Below, piece after piece: positions 1 through 7,860 of a stretch of DNA of 43,158 nt. The first letter of the stretch is position 1. Every line of letters begins with the position of its first letter. This DNA is from a virus. Lineage: Duplodnaviria; Caudoviricetes. Under the pieces are notes generated by a model that ran no database searches, was not told the DNA's origin, and worked only from the letters and a program-made list of their open reading frames with translations. Location of the stretch: IMG/VR virus record IMGVR_UViG_3300024040_000024, positions 1-43,158 of that record; one strand, given 5' to 3'. A program made the translations under genes and the position numbers.

Positions 1-258
1 ATGAACGTCTTCACAATTCCTGATGCGCTGGCGCACCATTACAAGGGCGTCGGCATCGCTCTGGCAACAACCGACGCGGCACAAGTAACCAGTTTGGTCT
101 ATCTCCGCGACCTTGATACGGCATTCGATGACCAGATTTCATCGGTGCCACGGGCTATTGAAAATCCGAAGATCGGGCATGTTGCCCGCGCGCTCGAAAA
201 GGATTTCGGCTATGTGCGCATCGGCATGGTTTCCTGCTGGGAGTTCTGCGAATTATGA
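1..258 (+). CDS. hypothetical protein, probable IS passenger gene
   Basis: 85-aa ORF whose stop overlaps the transposase start (ATGA); no recognised motif. Confidence 0.5.
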   Translation: MNVFTIPDALAHHYKGVGIALATTDAAQVTSLVYLRDLDTAFDDQISSVPRAIENPKIGHVARALEKDFGYVRIGMVSCWEFCEL

Positions 259-860
259 GCAATTCGACAATCTCAACATTCGATCTTTTCACCATGTTCC
301 CCGACTCTGAAAGCGCACGGGTCTATATGGAGACGAAGCGCTGGCCCTCCGGGGCCGTCTGCCCGGCCTGTGATGAAGCGAAGCGCATCGGCAAGCGTCC
401 GGCGGGGTTCTACCGCTGCGGGGCGTGCAAAACGGATTTCACAGTTCGCACCGCCACCATTTTTGAGCGGTCGAAAATACCGCTGAACAAATGGCTGTAC
501 GCCATGTACCTATTGGTCACGGCCCGAAAGGGCATCTCTTCCATGCAGCTTGCGAAGCAAATCGGCGTGACGCAGAAGTCGGCTTGGTTCATGCTGCAAC
601 GCCTCCGGGAGGCGTGTGGGAATGACCCGACGAAGCTGGCTGGCATTGTCGAAATTGACGAAACTTTCGTCGGCGGCAAGGAAGGCAACAAACACGATCA
701 CAAGAAACTCAACGCGGGCCGAGGCGCAGTCGGAAAGCACGCGGCCATCGGGATGCGCGAGAAGGATGGCCGGGTGAAGCGTCACACGCTTGATCGCCTA
801 GCCAGCCTCTTGCACGCCGCCATAGGGCAGCGCCTGACCTACAAGGATTTGATCGCATGA
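255..860 (+). pseudogene. IS1595-family (ISXO2-like) transposase, internally deleted in frame
   Basis: Zn ribbon CPAC..CGAC, HTH (GISSMQLAKQIGVTQKSAWFMLQRLRE), VEIDETFVGG motif and C-terminal RLTYKDLI; the region carrying the remaining DDE residues is missing between GRVK and RHTLDRL. Confidence 0.85.
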
Positions 861-1003
861 GCGAAACCCCGCCAGAACTCGACGCCATCACAACGCATGT
901 GCTGAACTATCGGCCACTCGAAAAAGGGCAAGCGGTTTCAACCGCAAAAGAAAAGATCAAAAAGGCGGACAAGGCAAAGAAGAAAAGGGAGTCATCTATA
1001 TAA
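857..1003 (+). CDS. small basic IS1595-associated ORF (48 aa, MSETPPELDAITTHVLNYRP...)
   Basis: ATGA-coupled to the transposase and ends inside the terminal repeat; hand-translated, below the ORF-track cutoff. Confidence 0.5.
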   Translation: MSETPPELDAITTHVLNYRPLEKGQAVSTAKEKIKKADKAKKKRESSI

Positions 1004-1008
1004 TTCCC
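987..1008. repeat. right terminal inverted repeat of the IS1595-family element
   Basis: GGGAGTCATCTATATAATTCCC followed by a T-run (AT-rich target); partner IR lies left of the window. Confidence 0.65.
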
Positions 1009-1086
1009 TTTTTTTTGAAGGCGAGGAAATCAGCCTGTAACATTTACAATATCAGGCATTGAGAATGATGACGAACCAGATGGAAA

Positions 1087-1389
1087 TCAGGTCTTGTCCT
1101 GCTTGTGATCAAGTTTATCGAACACTTTGTCGAATTTGGCACTAATACTGATACCAAGCGCATCGATCTTTGCATCGGTATGTCGTCGCCATTCTTCAAC
1201 CTGCGCCTGGGTTGTCTCCGCGCCCTGCGTCAGGCCTTTCGTGGTGGTCCTGAGCTTGTCATCAAGGTTAACTATCTGCGAATTGGCAAGATTGATGCGG
1301 CCTTCCTGCCGCACGGCCCATACCACCGCGCCGCCAAGCGTGACGATCCAGGTAAACAGCATGGCGAATGTGGTTTGGTCGATTTGCAC
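1087..1389 (-). CDS. membrane-anchored coiled-coil lysis-associated protein
   Basis: one N-terminal TM segment plus coiled coil, directly downstream of the endolysin. Confidence 0.6.
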   Translation of the reverse strand: MQIDQTTFAMLFTWIVTLGGAVVWAVRQEGRINLANSQIVNLDDKLRTTTKGLTQGAETTQAQVEEWRRHTDAKIDALGISISAKFDKVFDKLDHKQDKT

Positions 1390-2085
1390 TTAAGAATACC
1401 TCCTGATCGCCGCCGCGAGTTTGATGTGATAATTATTGGCTTCATAGGCCGTGCCGTTATATCCTTTGCAGAATGGACGACACGTTTCAGGATCTGTGGT
1501 GCAGGCCATCAGCTTCGCGCGCAGACCTGTGAAGACAAGGAATGTCTCGAAGGCCATCAACTGGTGGACCTCATCCCGCGCCATGCCTTCCGCGAAGGCG
1601 GCGGGGGTCGAATAGCCGCATGAGGCGCAATTCTCACCCATGATCTGGAACCGGCCGTAGGAGACGCTGGCAAAGCCCGCGTCCACGTCCAGGCGGATCA
1701 TGCGCAGCAGCACGTCATAGCGGGCGTCCTGGGTCGCCGGATAGGCCCGCATGCCCCACCTGGGATAGGACACGGCGGGGTCGGTCGCATCGAAGCGGCC
1801 CTTTGTGGCTTTCGAGAAGCGGTGCGGCTCAGGCAGGATCAACGGACGCCCGGCGAAGAAACCGGCCCCGCTCGATTCCACAGCCGTCACGGCCTTGACC
1901 TGTGCGAAAGTCAGACCCTGCCTTTTGGCGGCATTGCGAAGATCCTCGTCGGCCAGGGCGGTGTCCGGCCCGTCGGTGAGCATCAGAAGGACGGCCGCCT
2001 CGGTCAAGCGGCCCCACAGGCCATCGATGGCGCCGGAATAGCGCCCCGTCGCCTTCAGGTGGGTTTGCAGATCGCGCAGGGTCAT
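1390..2085 (-). CDS. endolysin, N-acetylmuramidase (DUF3380-like) with N-terminal peptidoglycan-binding motif
   Basis: YSGAIDGLWGRLT PG-binding motif; AVTAVESSG, ILPEPHRF, SYGRFQIMGEN and YNG motifs. Confidence 0.9.
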   Translation of the reverse strand: MTLRDLQTHLKATGRYSGAIDGLWGRLTEAAVLLMLTDGPDTALADEDLRNAAKRQGLTFAQVKAVTAVESSGAGFFAGRPLILPEPHRFSKATKGRFDATDPAVSYPRWGMRAYPATQDARYDVLLRMIRLDVDAGFASVSYGRFQIMGENCASCGYSTPAAFAEGMARDEVHQLMAFETFLVFTGLRAKLMACTTDPETCRPFCKGYNGTAYEANNYHIKLAAAIRRYS

Positions 2086-2417
2086 TTCAGCGCTTTCTTG
2101 ATGGCGTCCGCGACCTGATCCGCCACGTAGTCCTTGCCCTTCTCGATCACGGCGGCCTTGACCGTGCTGGCGATATCATTCGCGGCGGTATTGGTCGGGG
2201 CGGGCACCTCGACCTTGGGCGTGCCTTGGGTGACGAACTTGCCGAAAAAGCCGGCGGCGGCCACCACGGCGGTGATGATGGCCATTTCCTTCGCCGGAAT
2301 GAGCACTTTCAGTTCATCCGGCACGCTTGCCCACGTGGCCGGAATAGCGGCCGCGACTCCGAGCGCCAGGGTCGAGTAGTGACCCAGCGCGGCTTTCCAG
2401 TTGGGGATGAGTTTCAT
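2082..2417 (-). CDS. putative holin
   Basis: MKLIPNWK start, two hydrophobic segments, basic C-terminus, ATGA-coupled to the endolysin. Confidence 0.75.
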   Translation of the reverse strand: MKLIPNWKAALGHYSTLALGVAAAIPATWASVPDELKVLIPAKEMAIITAVVAAAGFFGKFVTQGTPKVEVPAPTNTAANDIASTVKAAVIEKGKDYVADQVADAIKKALK

Positions 2418-2435
2418 GTTTTACCTTTCGGGCAT

Positions 2436-2455
2436 AAAAAACCGCCCGGAGGCGG
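2436..2455 (-). terminator. intrinsic terminator between tail genes and lysis cassette
   Basis: minus strand CCGCC-TCCG-GGCGG-TTTTTT. Confidence 0.65.
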
Positions 2456-2477
2456 CCTTGCGGTTGAAGAGAAAAAA

Positions 2478-2897
2478 TCAGCCCCCCACCAGCGCCTTGG
2501 TGATCGTCCAGGCCTCGATCTCGATCGGCTCGCCGGCGGCGACGGCCGGGTCGCGCATCTCGATATCGGCGCCGGAACCGACGGCGCCGACCGATCCCTG
2601 GTCGAAAGCCTCACCTTCGGCGTCGAGCACACGGTAATAGCCGATGGTGGCGCTGCTATCGGCTCCGTCATCGCGCGTCACCGCATTGACGGTCGCCACG
2701 ACATCCGCCCCGTCCGCCGCCGCATTGAGCGAAAATGCCGGATCGGCAAAGGTCAGGGTGCCGACCAGGGTACCGGTCGGCGCGGTTTCGGTATTGGTGG
2801 GGGCGGCGCCGGTATAGAATTTCAGCGACCCGCCGTCGAACAGGGCGAGTTTCGCCGACAGGATCGTCCGGGCGGCGGCATTGGTAAGCTTGGTCAT
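2478..2897 (-). CDS. virion structural protein (fibre-associated, beta-rich)
   Basis: 139 aa with AAAGGA RBS; Gly/Thr/Ala-rich; position in the fibre cluster. Confidence 0.65.
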   Translation of the reverse strand: MTKLTNAAARTILSAKLALFDGGSLKFYTGAAPTNTETAPTGTLVGTLTFADPAFSLNAAADGADVVATVNAVTRDDGADSSATIGYYRVLDAEGEAFDQGSVGAVGSGADIEMRDPAVAAGEPIEIEAWTITKALVGG

Positions 2898-2908
2898 ATC
2901 TCTTTCCT

Positions 2909-4459
2909 TTAAAAGACAGTGGGAGGGTCGGTTTCGTAGGGGTGGCCGGATGGCAGGACGGTCCCGAAGCGATGCGCGGCCCAGCCTTCGTATTTTTCGA
3001 TGTCGCCGGATGACGGATCTCCGTCGACCAGTTCGGCATAGGCCAGGCGTTCATTGAGGTTCTGCCCGCCGGTCGAGGTCCCGACGATCAGATTGCCGGT
3101 GATCGCCGGCATGGCATGAGCGGTGGCGTAATTCGGCGTCAGAGCCGCCCCGTCATGCCGCCAGAACTGATCCGTGCCGATCTTGGCGACGGTCAGATGA
3201 TAGGCCCCATCATCGGCCGGCGGCGTGACAAGGATATCCTTGTCGGTGTTGGTGGTACCGCTGGGCCAGCCATTCCAGCCCTTGTCGCCGGCGGCGAAAC
3301 TGTGTCCGTTCGAGAGGGTGCCGGAGGTATTGATCTGGTCGTACAAGGCCCAGCCCGGCGTCTGCGCCGATTGCGAGAGCAACGCCCCCAGACTGTTGGC
3401 CGGATTGCCGAGCCGCTTCGTCACATAGACGCAGACCTTGTTGCCTGCCGGCAGGGCGGCGGCGGCGATGCCGAAGGCGGCCGTGGCGGGCAGATTGACC
3501 GCATCGTGGCCATTGGCGTCACCAGCCGCCTTCGTGGGGGTGCCGAGCGCCGTGACGATCGCGCCGCCGATCGAGCCGCTGTTCGTGCCGCCGCTGAAAT
3601 TCGAGCCGGACCAGGTGAAGGTGGCCGGATCGAACACCGCCAGCCGCGTGGCGGCAGCATTGGCGGGCGTCCACAGGCGGTAGGGCTTGCCGGTGGCCGA
3701 TTGCGTGACGCCGGCCGCCGTCTGCGCCGCCAGACCTCTTGCCACGGGTGTGGCGGCCGCGGACTGAGACGTATATCCCGCCGCCTGATCGGCCGAACCC
3801 GCCGCGACTGACGTACCCGCCGCATCCTGCGTCACAGCCGCGATCGTCTGCGCCGCGCCGGCGATGCCGACCGCAGAGGCAGTTACGCCTTGCAACAGGA
3901 TCGCAAGGGACTGCCCGGCCGACGCGGAGGCTACAGGCGTCGCCTGAACGGCTTGAGCCATGACGGCGATGTCCTGCGCGCTCAGTGTGCGGTTCACCGC
4001 TGTGGCGGCGGCAGACTGCATCACAGTGTCAACCGCCTGGTCTGCCGAGGCCGTCGCCTTGTCGGATTGCCCGGCCGATTGAGCCACCGGCGCCACAGCC
4101 TGAGCCGCGAAGCCCGCCTTGACGGCGCTGGCGCTGGCCGATTGCACCGGCGGCGAAACGGACTGGCTTGCCAGCCCGTGAGCCACCGGCGTGACGGTTG
4201 CCGACTGCATGACGCCCGCCGCATCCTGCATGATCGCGGCCCGTCCCACGGGCGTTCCCAGCACCACCTTCATCAGATGCGCGATGGCCTGCGATGCCGT
4301 CCCGATCGCGCCACCTTCAGAAGGCAGCGGGTCACACAGAACCGACGTGATCACCGGATCAGGCGGGAGCCGCGTAACGACCGGTTCAGCGACAGGCCAG
4401 ACAGAGGCCAGCGTCATCGGAGGCCAGCGAACAGCCCAGCCGTCAGGGCAGGTGTTCAC
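2909..4459 (-). CDS. fibre protein with 21-aa repeat shaft and LamG/lectin-like C-terminal domain
   Basis: about ten 21-aa repeats with Q at positions 3 and 10; C-terminal domain from LWTP to EGWAAHRFG..LPSGHPY..PP. Confidence 0.65.
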   Translation of the reverse strand: MNTCPDGWAVRWPPMTLASVWPVAEPVVTRLPPDPVITSVLCDPLPSEGGAIGTASQAIAHLMKVVLGTPVGRAAIMQDAAGVMQSATVTPVAHGLASQSVSPPVQSASASAVKAGFAAQAVAPVAQSAGQSDKATASADQAVDTVMQSAAATAVNRTLSAQDIAVMAQAVQATPVASASAGQSLAILLQGVTASAVGIAGAAQTIAAVTQDAAGTSVAAGSADQAAGYTSQSAAATPVARGLAAQTAAGVTQSATGKPYRLWTPANAAATRLAVFDPATFTWSGSNFSGGTNSGSIGGAIVTALGTPTKAAGDANGHDAVNLPATAAFGIAAAALPAGNKVCVYVTKRLGNPANSLGALLSQSAQTPGWALYDQINTSGTLSNGHSFAAGDKGWNGWPSGTTNTDKDILVTPPADDGAYHLTVAKIGTDQFWRHDGAALTPNYATAHAMPAITGNLIVGTSTGGQNLNERLAYAELVDGDPSSGDIEKYEGWAAHRFGTVLPSGHPYETDPPTVF

Positions 4460-4836
4460 GGTTTCAGGTCCCGCTTCACGCGCACGGGGCCGTAGAACAG
4501 CGGGCGCGGATCGCCGGACTGCGGCTGCACATCCGCCTGCCAGATGCCCAGCGAAGCCGGTTCCGTCAGCGTGCCGCCGGCAAACAATGCGCCGGTCTGC
4601 CCGCCGTCGATATGCACGATATATTTCCCGGCCGCCGCGTCACTGATCTCGAATGTGCCCGACGCAACCGCTTCGGGGCTATTCCAGTATTTGCGGATCA
4701 CCCACGGAATCGTGCAATGCGTCAGATCGACCGGCGCGCCATCGGCATAGGTCAGCGCCGCCTCATACGGTCCCAGCGCGGCCCCTTGCCGGATCAGCAA
4801 CGGCCGCTCTTCACCGATATAGCCTAGCTGATCCAT
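4456..4836 (-). CDS. BppU-N-like tail/baseplate adaptor protein
   Basis: IRQGA..., GAPVDLT, G.WQADVQ...G.V.V pattern; GAAAGGAAAG RBS. Confidence 0.6.
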   Translation of the reverse strand: MDQLGYIGEERPLLIRQGAALGPYEAALTYADGAPVDLTHCTIPWVIRKYWNSPEAVASGTFEISDAAAGKYIVHIDGGQTGALFAGGTLTEPASLGIWQADVQPQSGDPRPLFYGPVRVKRDLKP

Positions 4837-4864
4837 GGGGCTTTCCTTTCAGGTGCGGGCCGCA

Positions 4865-7672
4865 TCAGCCGGCCTCATTGGCATGTATGGCGTCGATGTA
4901 ATAGGTCATCGGCGGGATCGACATATGATCCAGCAACAACAGAAGATGCGTCGCCCAGACGGGCGGGCGGATACCGGCCTGGGTGGCCGGATCCTGGCTG
5001 TCGTTTTCATAAAAGGTGCCGAAACTGCGGCCGATCCACGTATCCGAGCCTTCCAGAGGCACCGGGATATCCGTCTCGCCCTTGAACGACCAGCTTGGCC
5101 CGTATCTGGGGCGGCCCAGATCGTCCTGGCCGATGACCCGGACCCAGAAGACGCGGAAATAGATCGTGCCGGTTGAGGGCTGATCGTGGGGCATCAGGAT
5201 TTTGAAGCCGCCCAGCAGATTGCCGCCCGTCGTCGGGATCAGGATATGCAGAGAATCGTTGATGCTCGGATCGTCGCTATCGGCCTTGGTGATTTTCAGG
5301 CAGCGCGTGCCTTGCCAGGCAAAATCGGTTGTGACCGAAATCGTAGTGATATTGGTGTTCCAGCGGTCGATGCTGGTATGGCTTCCCGTCGGGAAAAGCC
5401 CGCCCTCCAGATGGATACCGTCCGGGGCGACCGGCACATAGGTGGTCATCGGCTCGAAAAAGCCCGCGCCGCCCAGCACATCCATGGCGGGCGTAGCGGA
5501 GAGCAGATAAGGCCCGATGTTCGGGTTGCCGTTATTCTGCATGTCGGTGATGCGCAGCCGGCCGGGGCCGCTGGCGGCGTAGCCGGTGGCCGACGACAGA
5601 TTATAGATGTCGCACATATGGAAGGTGCAGCTTGAAAGCGCGCTGTCCAGTTTGACAGGCGGCTCCGTCATGGTGCCGGGCGTGCCCGCCCCCAGAAAAC
5701 GCATCTGCGAACCGGTGACCTTGCCGCCCGGCAGGCAGTGGATGATCGGGCCGGGCGTCGAGGCGTCACACCATTGTTCGAGCCTGAGCAGGCTCATATT
5801 GATCGTGCCGGCGTTGTTGACGATGGCCTGACCGTTATAATCGATGGCCATGGTGACGATATTGATTTCAGCGCGACCGGTATTGTCGATGGCGATGACG
5901 TTATTGAAAATGCCGCCACCCACGAAGCGCATGTTTTCGCCGGCGTTCTCCGCGCCGGGCCTGTGCCGGTAGCCGATGCGGTTGCTGAAGATATTGCAGC
6001 TGATAATCTCGGTCAGATAGGCGCCGTCGCTGGTTTCCGCGCCGAACTCGAAGCCGGTGATATTGCATTTTTCCAGGGCCGCCACATTGCCGTCGGTGTT
6101 GGAGAACGATTTCCACAAGACGCCGGTGACGCCGTTCGCCACGGCCGGGCCTTCAATCCATATCCCGGCCAGCGGCTGCATGATCGGATAATGTTCGGGC
6201 GCGCCGTCCCGCGTCATCAGCACGGCGCAATTCAGCAGGGCGGGCTGGATATCGAGCTTGGTGACCCTGAAATTGCCATAGCCGCCCGCCGAAACCGTCA
6301 GCCATACCGACCCGCTGACCGGCACATTGATATCGAAACTTCCGCTCCTGGCATCGATCACGCCACCGGTTGGCGGAGACACGTTGAAATAGATCGTGCC
6401 CGAATCGCGCCCAACCAGATTAGGCCCCTCGCCGGGCGAGGTGGCGAAGAAGCCGATAACCATATAGGGGGGATTGAAGTTACCAAGGCCATAGCTATCG
6501 CCCAGCGTCGCCTCGGCCTCCCAGGTCACAGTGTAACGCCCCACCGGTATGTCGGAGAGCAGGCGGCCCCATTGATAAAAGGTGGCCTGCGTTCCCGGCT
6601 CGCCGATATCGGTCATCACCGCCGCACCGGTATCGAAGGTCGTGTCGATCAGCTCACCCGGCCCCCAGATGGAGGCATTCACCCAGCCCTCATCCGTGGC
6701 GAAATCGTAATTCTCGTAAAGGTGCTCCGTTGTTGTCTTCGGCGCCAGGGCATTGAACTTCCAGCGCGCGGCCGTGGCTTCCACCCAGGCGATGCCGGAG
6801 ACGTAGGTCAACTCTTTCTGGCTGGCCGGATCGGCATTGCACATAATATAGACGGCGGGCGGACTGCCGATCTTGCGTCCGGTGTTAATCGCCTTCTGCC
6901 AGCCCAGATAGTCCATTTCCATCGCCAGCGACGTGGCGAAGGGATAAACCGCCTGGCAGTCCGTCAGGGTATCGAAAACGCCTGAGGCCGGATGCGACAG
7001 GCCGTCGCCGATCGCGCCATAGCTCTGCGGCACATCGACCTTGTAATCATCGGCCCATTGCGCCGGACAGGCCAGCAGGGTCGAATGCCCGAACCCGTCA
7101 TAGATCGGATATCTGCCGTCATTGTACGGGCCGCCGCCCGCCACGCCGTTGGCCCAGGGTATCCAGCAGCCGATGGCGTTCTGGATATTCTCCATGGCGA
7201 AGACCTGGAGCTGCACCAGTTCATGGAACTCGTACGCGGTCATGTCCGAAAGCGGGCGCAGGAAGGCGAACACAGCGATTTCCGGCGTTGTGCCGCTGAC
7301 CTGTATCGACAGGCGCAGATAGCGCCAGATGGTGTTATCCAGCGGATCGAGCGTCGTAACGCCCCGGATATCCTGCTGGTCCTTCACCGACATCGACCAT
7401 TCATCCAGGCCGCGCACCTCGCCCGTGAAGTCGGCGCTGGCGCAGCCTTCGATCGTCAGCACATATTGTTCATCCCCCGAAGCGGTATCGAGCACGGAAG
7501 CCTGATAGGCGGCGACGAAAGACGACGGCACAAGGTCCGTGCCGGAATCGTAGACGCGCGGATCACCATCGACCATGCCTTTACGTGTGAAAGTGCCGCC
7601 GCCGGTGGGCGCAAAGGTGGACGCGCCGTCATCGAGGATGAGGGCGGGATTGGAGGGCGCTGAAATCGTCAT
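4865..7672 (-). CDS. spike/depolymerase-like protein (pectin-lyase-like beta-helix plus carbohydrate-binding-like domains)
   Basis: SYGAIGDG.SHP...YP....MD...QKAIN tailspike motif; Asn/Ile/Gly-rich beta-helix (GENMRFVGGGIFNN). Confidence 0.7.
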   Translation of the reverse strand: MTISAPSNPALILDDGASTFAPTGGGTFTRKGMVDGDPRVYDSGTDLVPSSFVAAYQASVLDTASGDEQYVLTIEGCASADFTGEVRGLDEWSMSVKDQQDIRGVTTLDPLDNTIWRYLRLSIQVSGTTPEIAVFAFLRPLSDMTAYEFHELVQLQVFAMENIQNAIGCWIPWANGVAGGGPYNDGRYPIYDGFGHSTLLACPAQWADDYKVDVPQSYGAIGDGLSHPASGVFDTLTDCQAVYPFATSLAMEMDYLGWQKAINTGRKIGSPPAVYIMCNADPASQKELTYVSGIAWVEATAARWKFNALAPKTTTEHLYENYDFATDEGWVNASIWGPGELIDTTFDTGAAVMTDIGEPGTQATFYQWGRLLSDIPVGRYTVTWEAEATLGDSYGLGNFNPPYMVIGFFATSPGEGPNLVGRDSGTIYFNVSPPTGGVIDARSGSFDINVPVSGSVWLTVSAGGYGNFRVTKLDIQPALLNCAVLMTRDGAPEHYPIMQPLAGIWIEGPAVANGVTGVLWKSFSNTDGNVAALEKCNITGFEFGAETSDGAYLTEIISCNIFSNRIGYRHRPGAENAGENMRFVGGGIFNNVIAIDNTGRAEINIVTMAIDYNGQAIVNNAGTINMSLLRLEQWCDASTPGPIIHCLPGGKVTGSQMRFLGAGTPGTMTEPPVKLDSALSSCTFHMCDIYNLSSATGYAASGPGRLRITDMQNNGNPNIGPYLLSATPAMDVLGGAGFFEPMTTYVPVAPDGIHLEGGLFPTGSHTSIDRWNTNITTISVTTDFAWQGTRCLKITKADSDDPSINDSLHILIPTTGGNLLGGFKILMPHDQPSTGTIYFRVFWVRVIGQDDLGRPRYGPSWSFKGETDIPVPLEGSDTWIGRSFGTFYENDSQDPATQAGIRPPVWATHLLLLLDHMSIPPMTYYIDAIHANEAG

Positions 7673-7674
7673 GA

Positions 7675-7860
7675 TCAGATTTTCGCCACCACCTGCCCGT
7701 CAACGACACGATAGGCCGTGCCGTAATCGTCACGCCATTCCGGCACTTCGACCACTGGCAGGGACAGTTTTTCGGGCGCGATGCGGGCGCAGCGCTGTAC
7801 CTGCACGATCGGGCCGCTGAGGCTACCCGGCGGCGTCGGCTGATAGGAGACGTAAATCAT
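7675..7860 (-). CDS. small tail-associated hypothetical protein
   Basis: 61 aa, ATGA-coupled to the tail tip gene; ends YRVVDGQVVAK. Confidence 0.6.
   Translation of the reverse strand: MIYVSYQPTPPGSLSGPIVQVQRCARIAPEKLSLPVVEVPEWRDDYGTAYRVVDGQVVAKI

Larger units (their letters stand above)
1..1008 (+). mobile_element. IS1595-family insertion sequence (partial, probably non-autonomous)
   Basis: truncated transposase plus terminal repeat. Confidence 0.7.

Noticed and set aside
1-1086. Second att copy
   Set aside because: No match to the tRNA-Val 3' sequence seen; it probably lies left of the window
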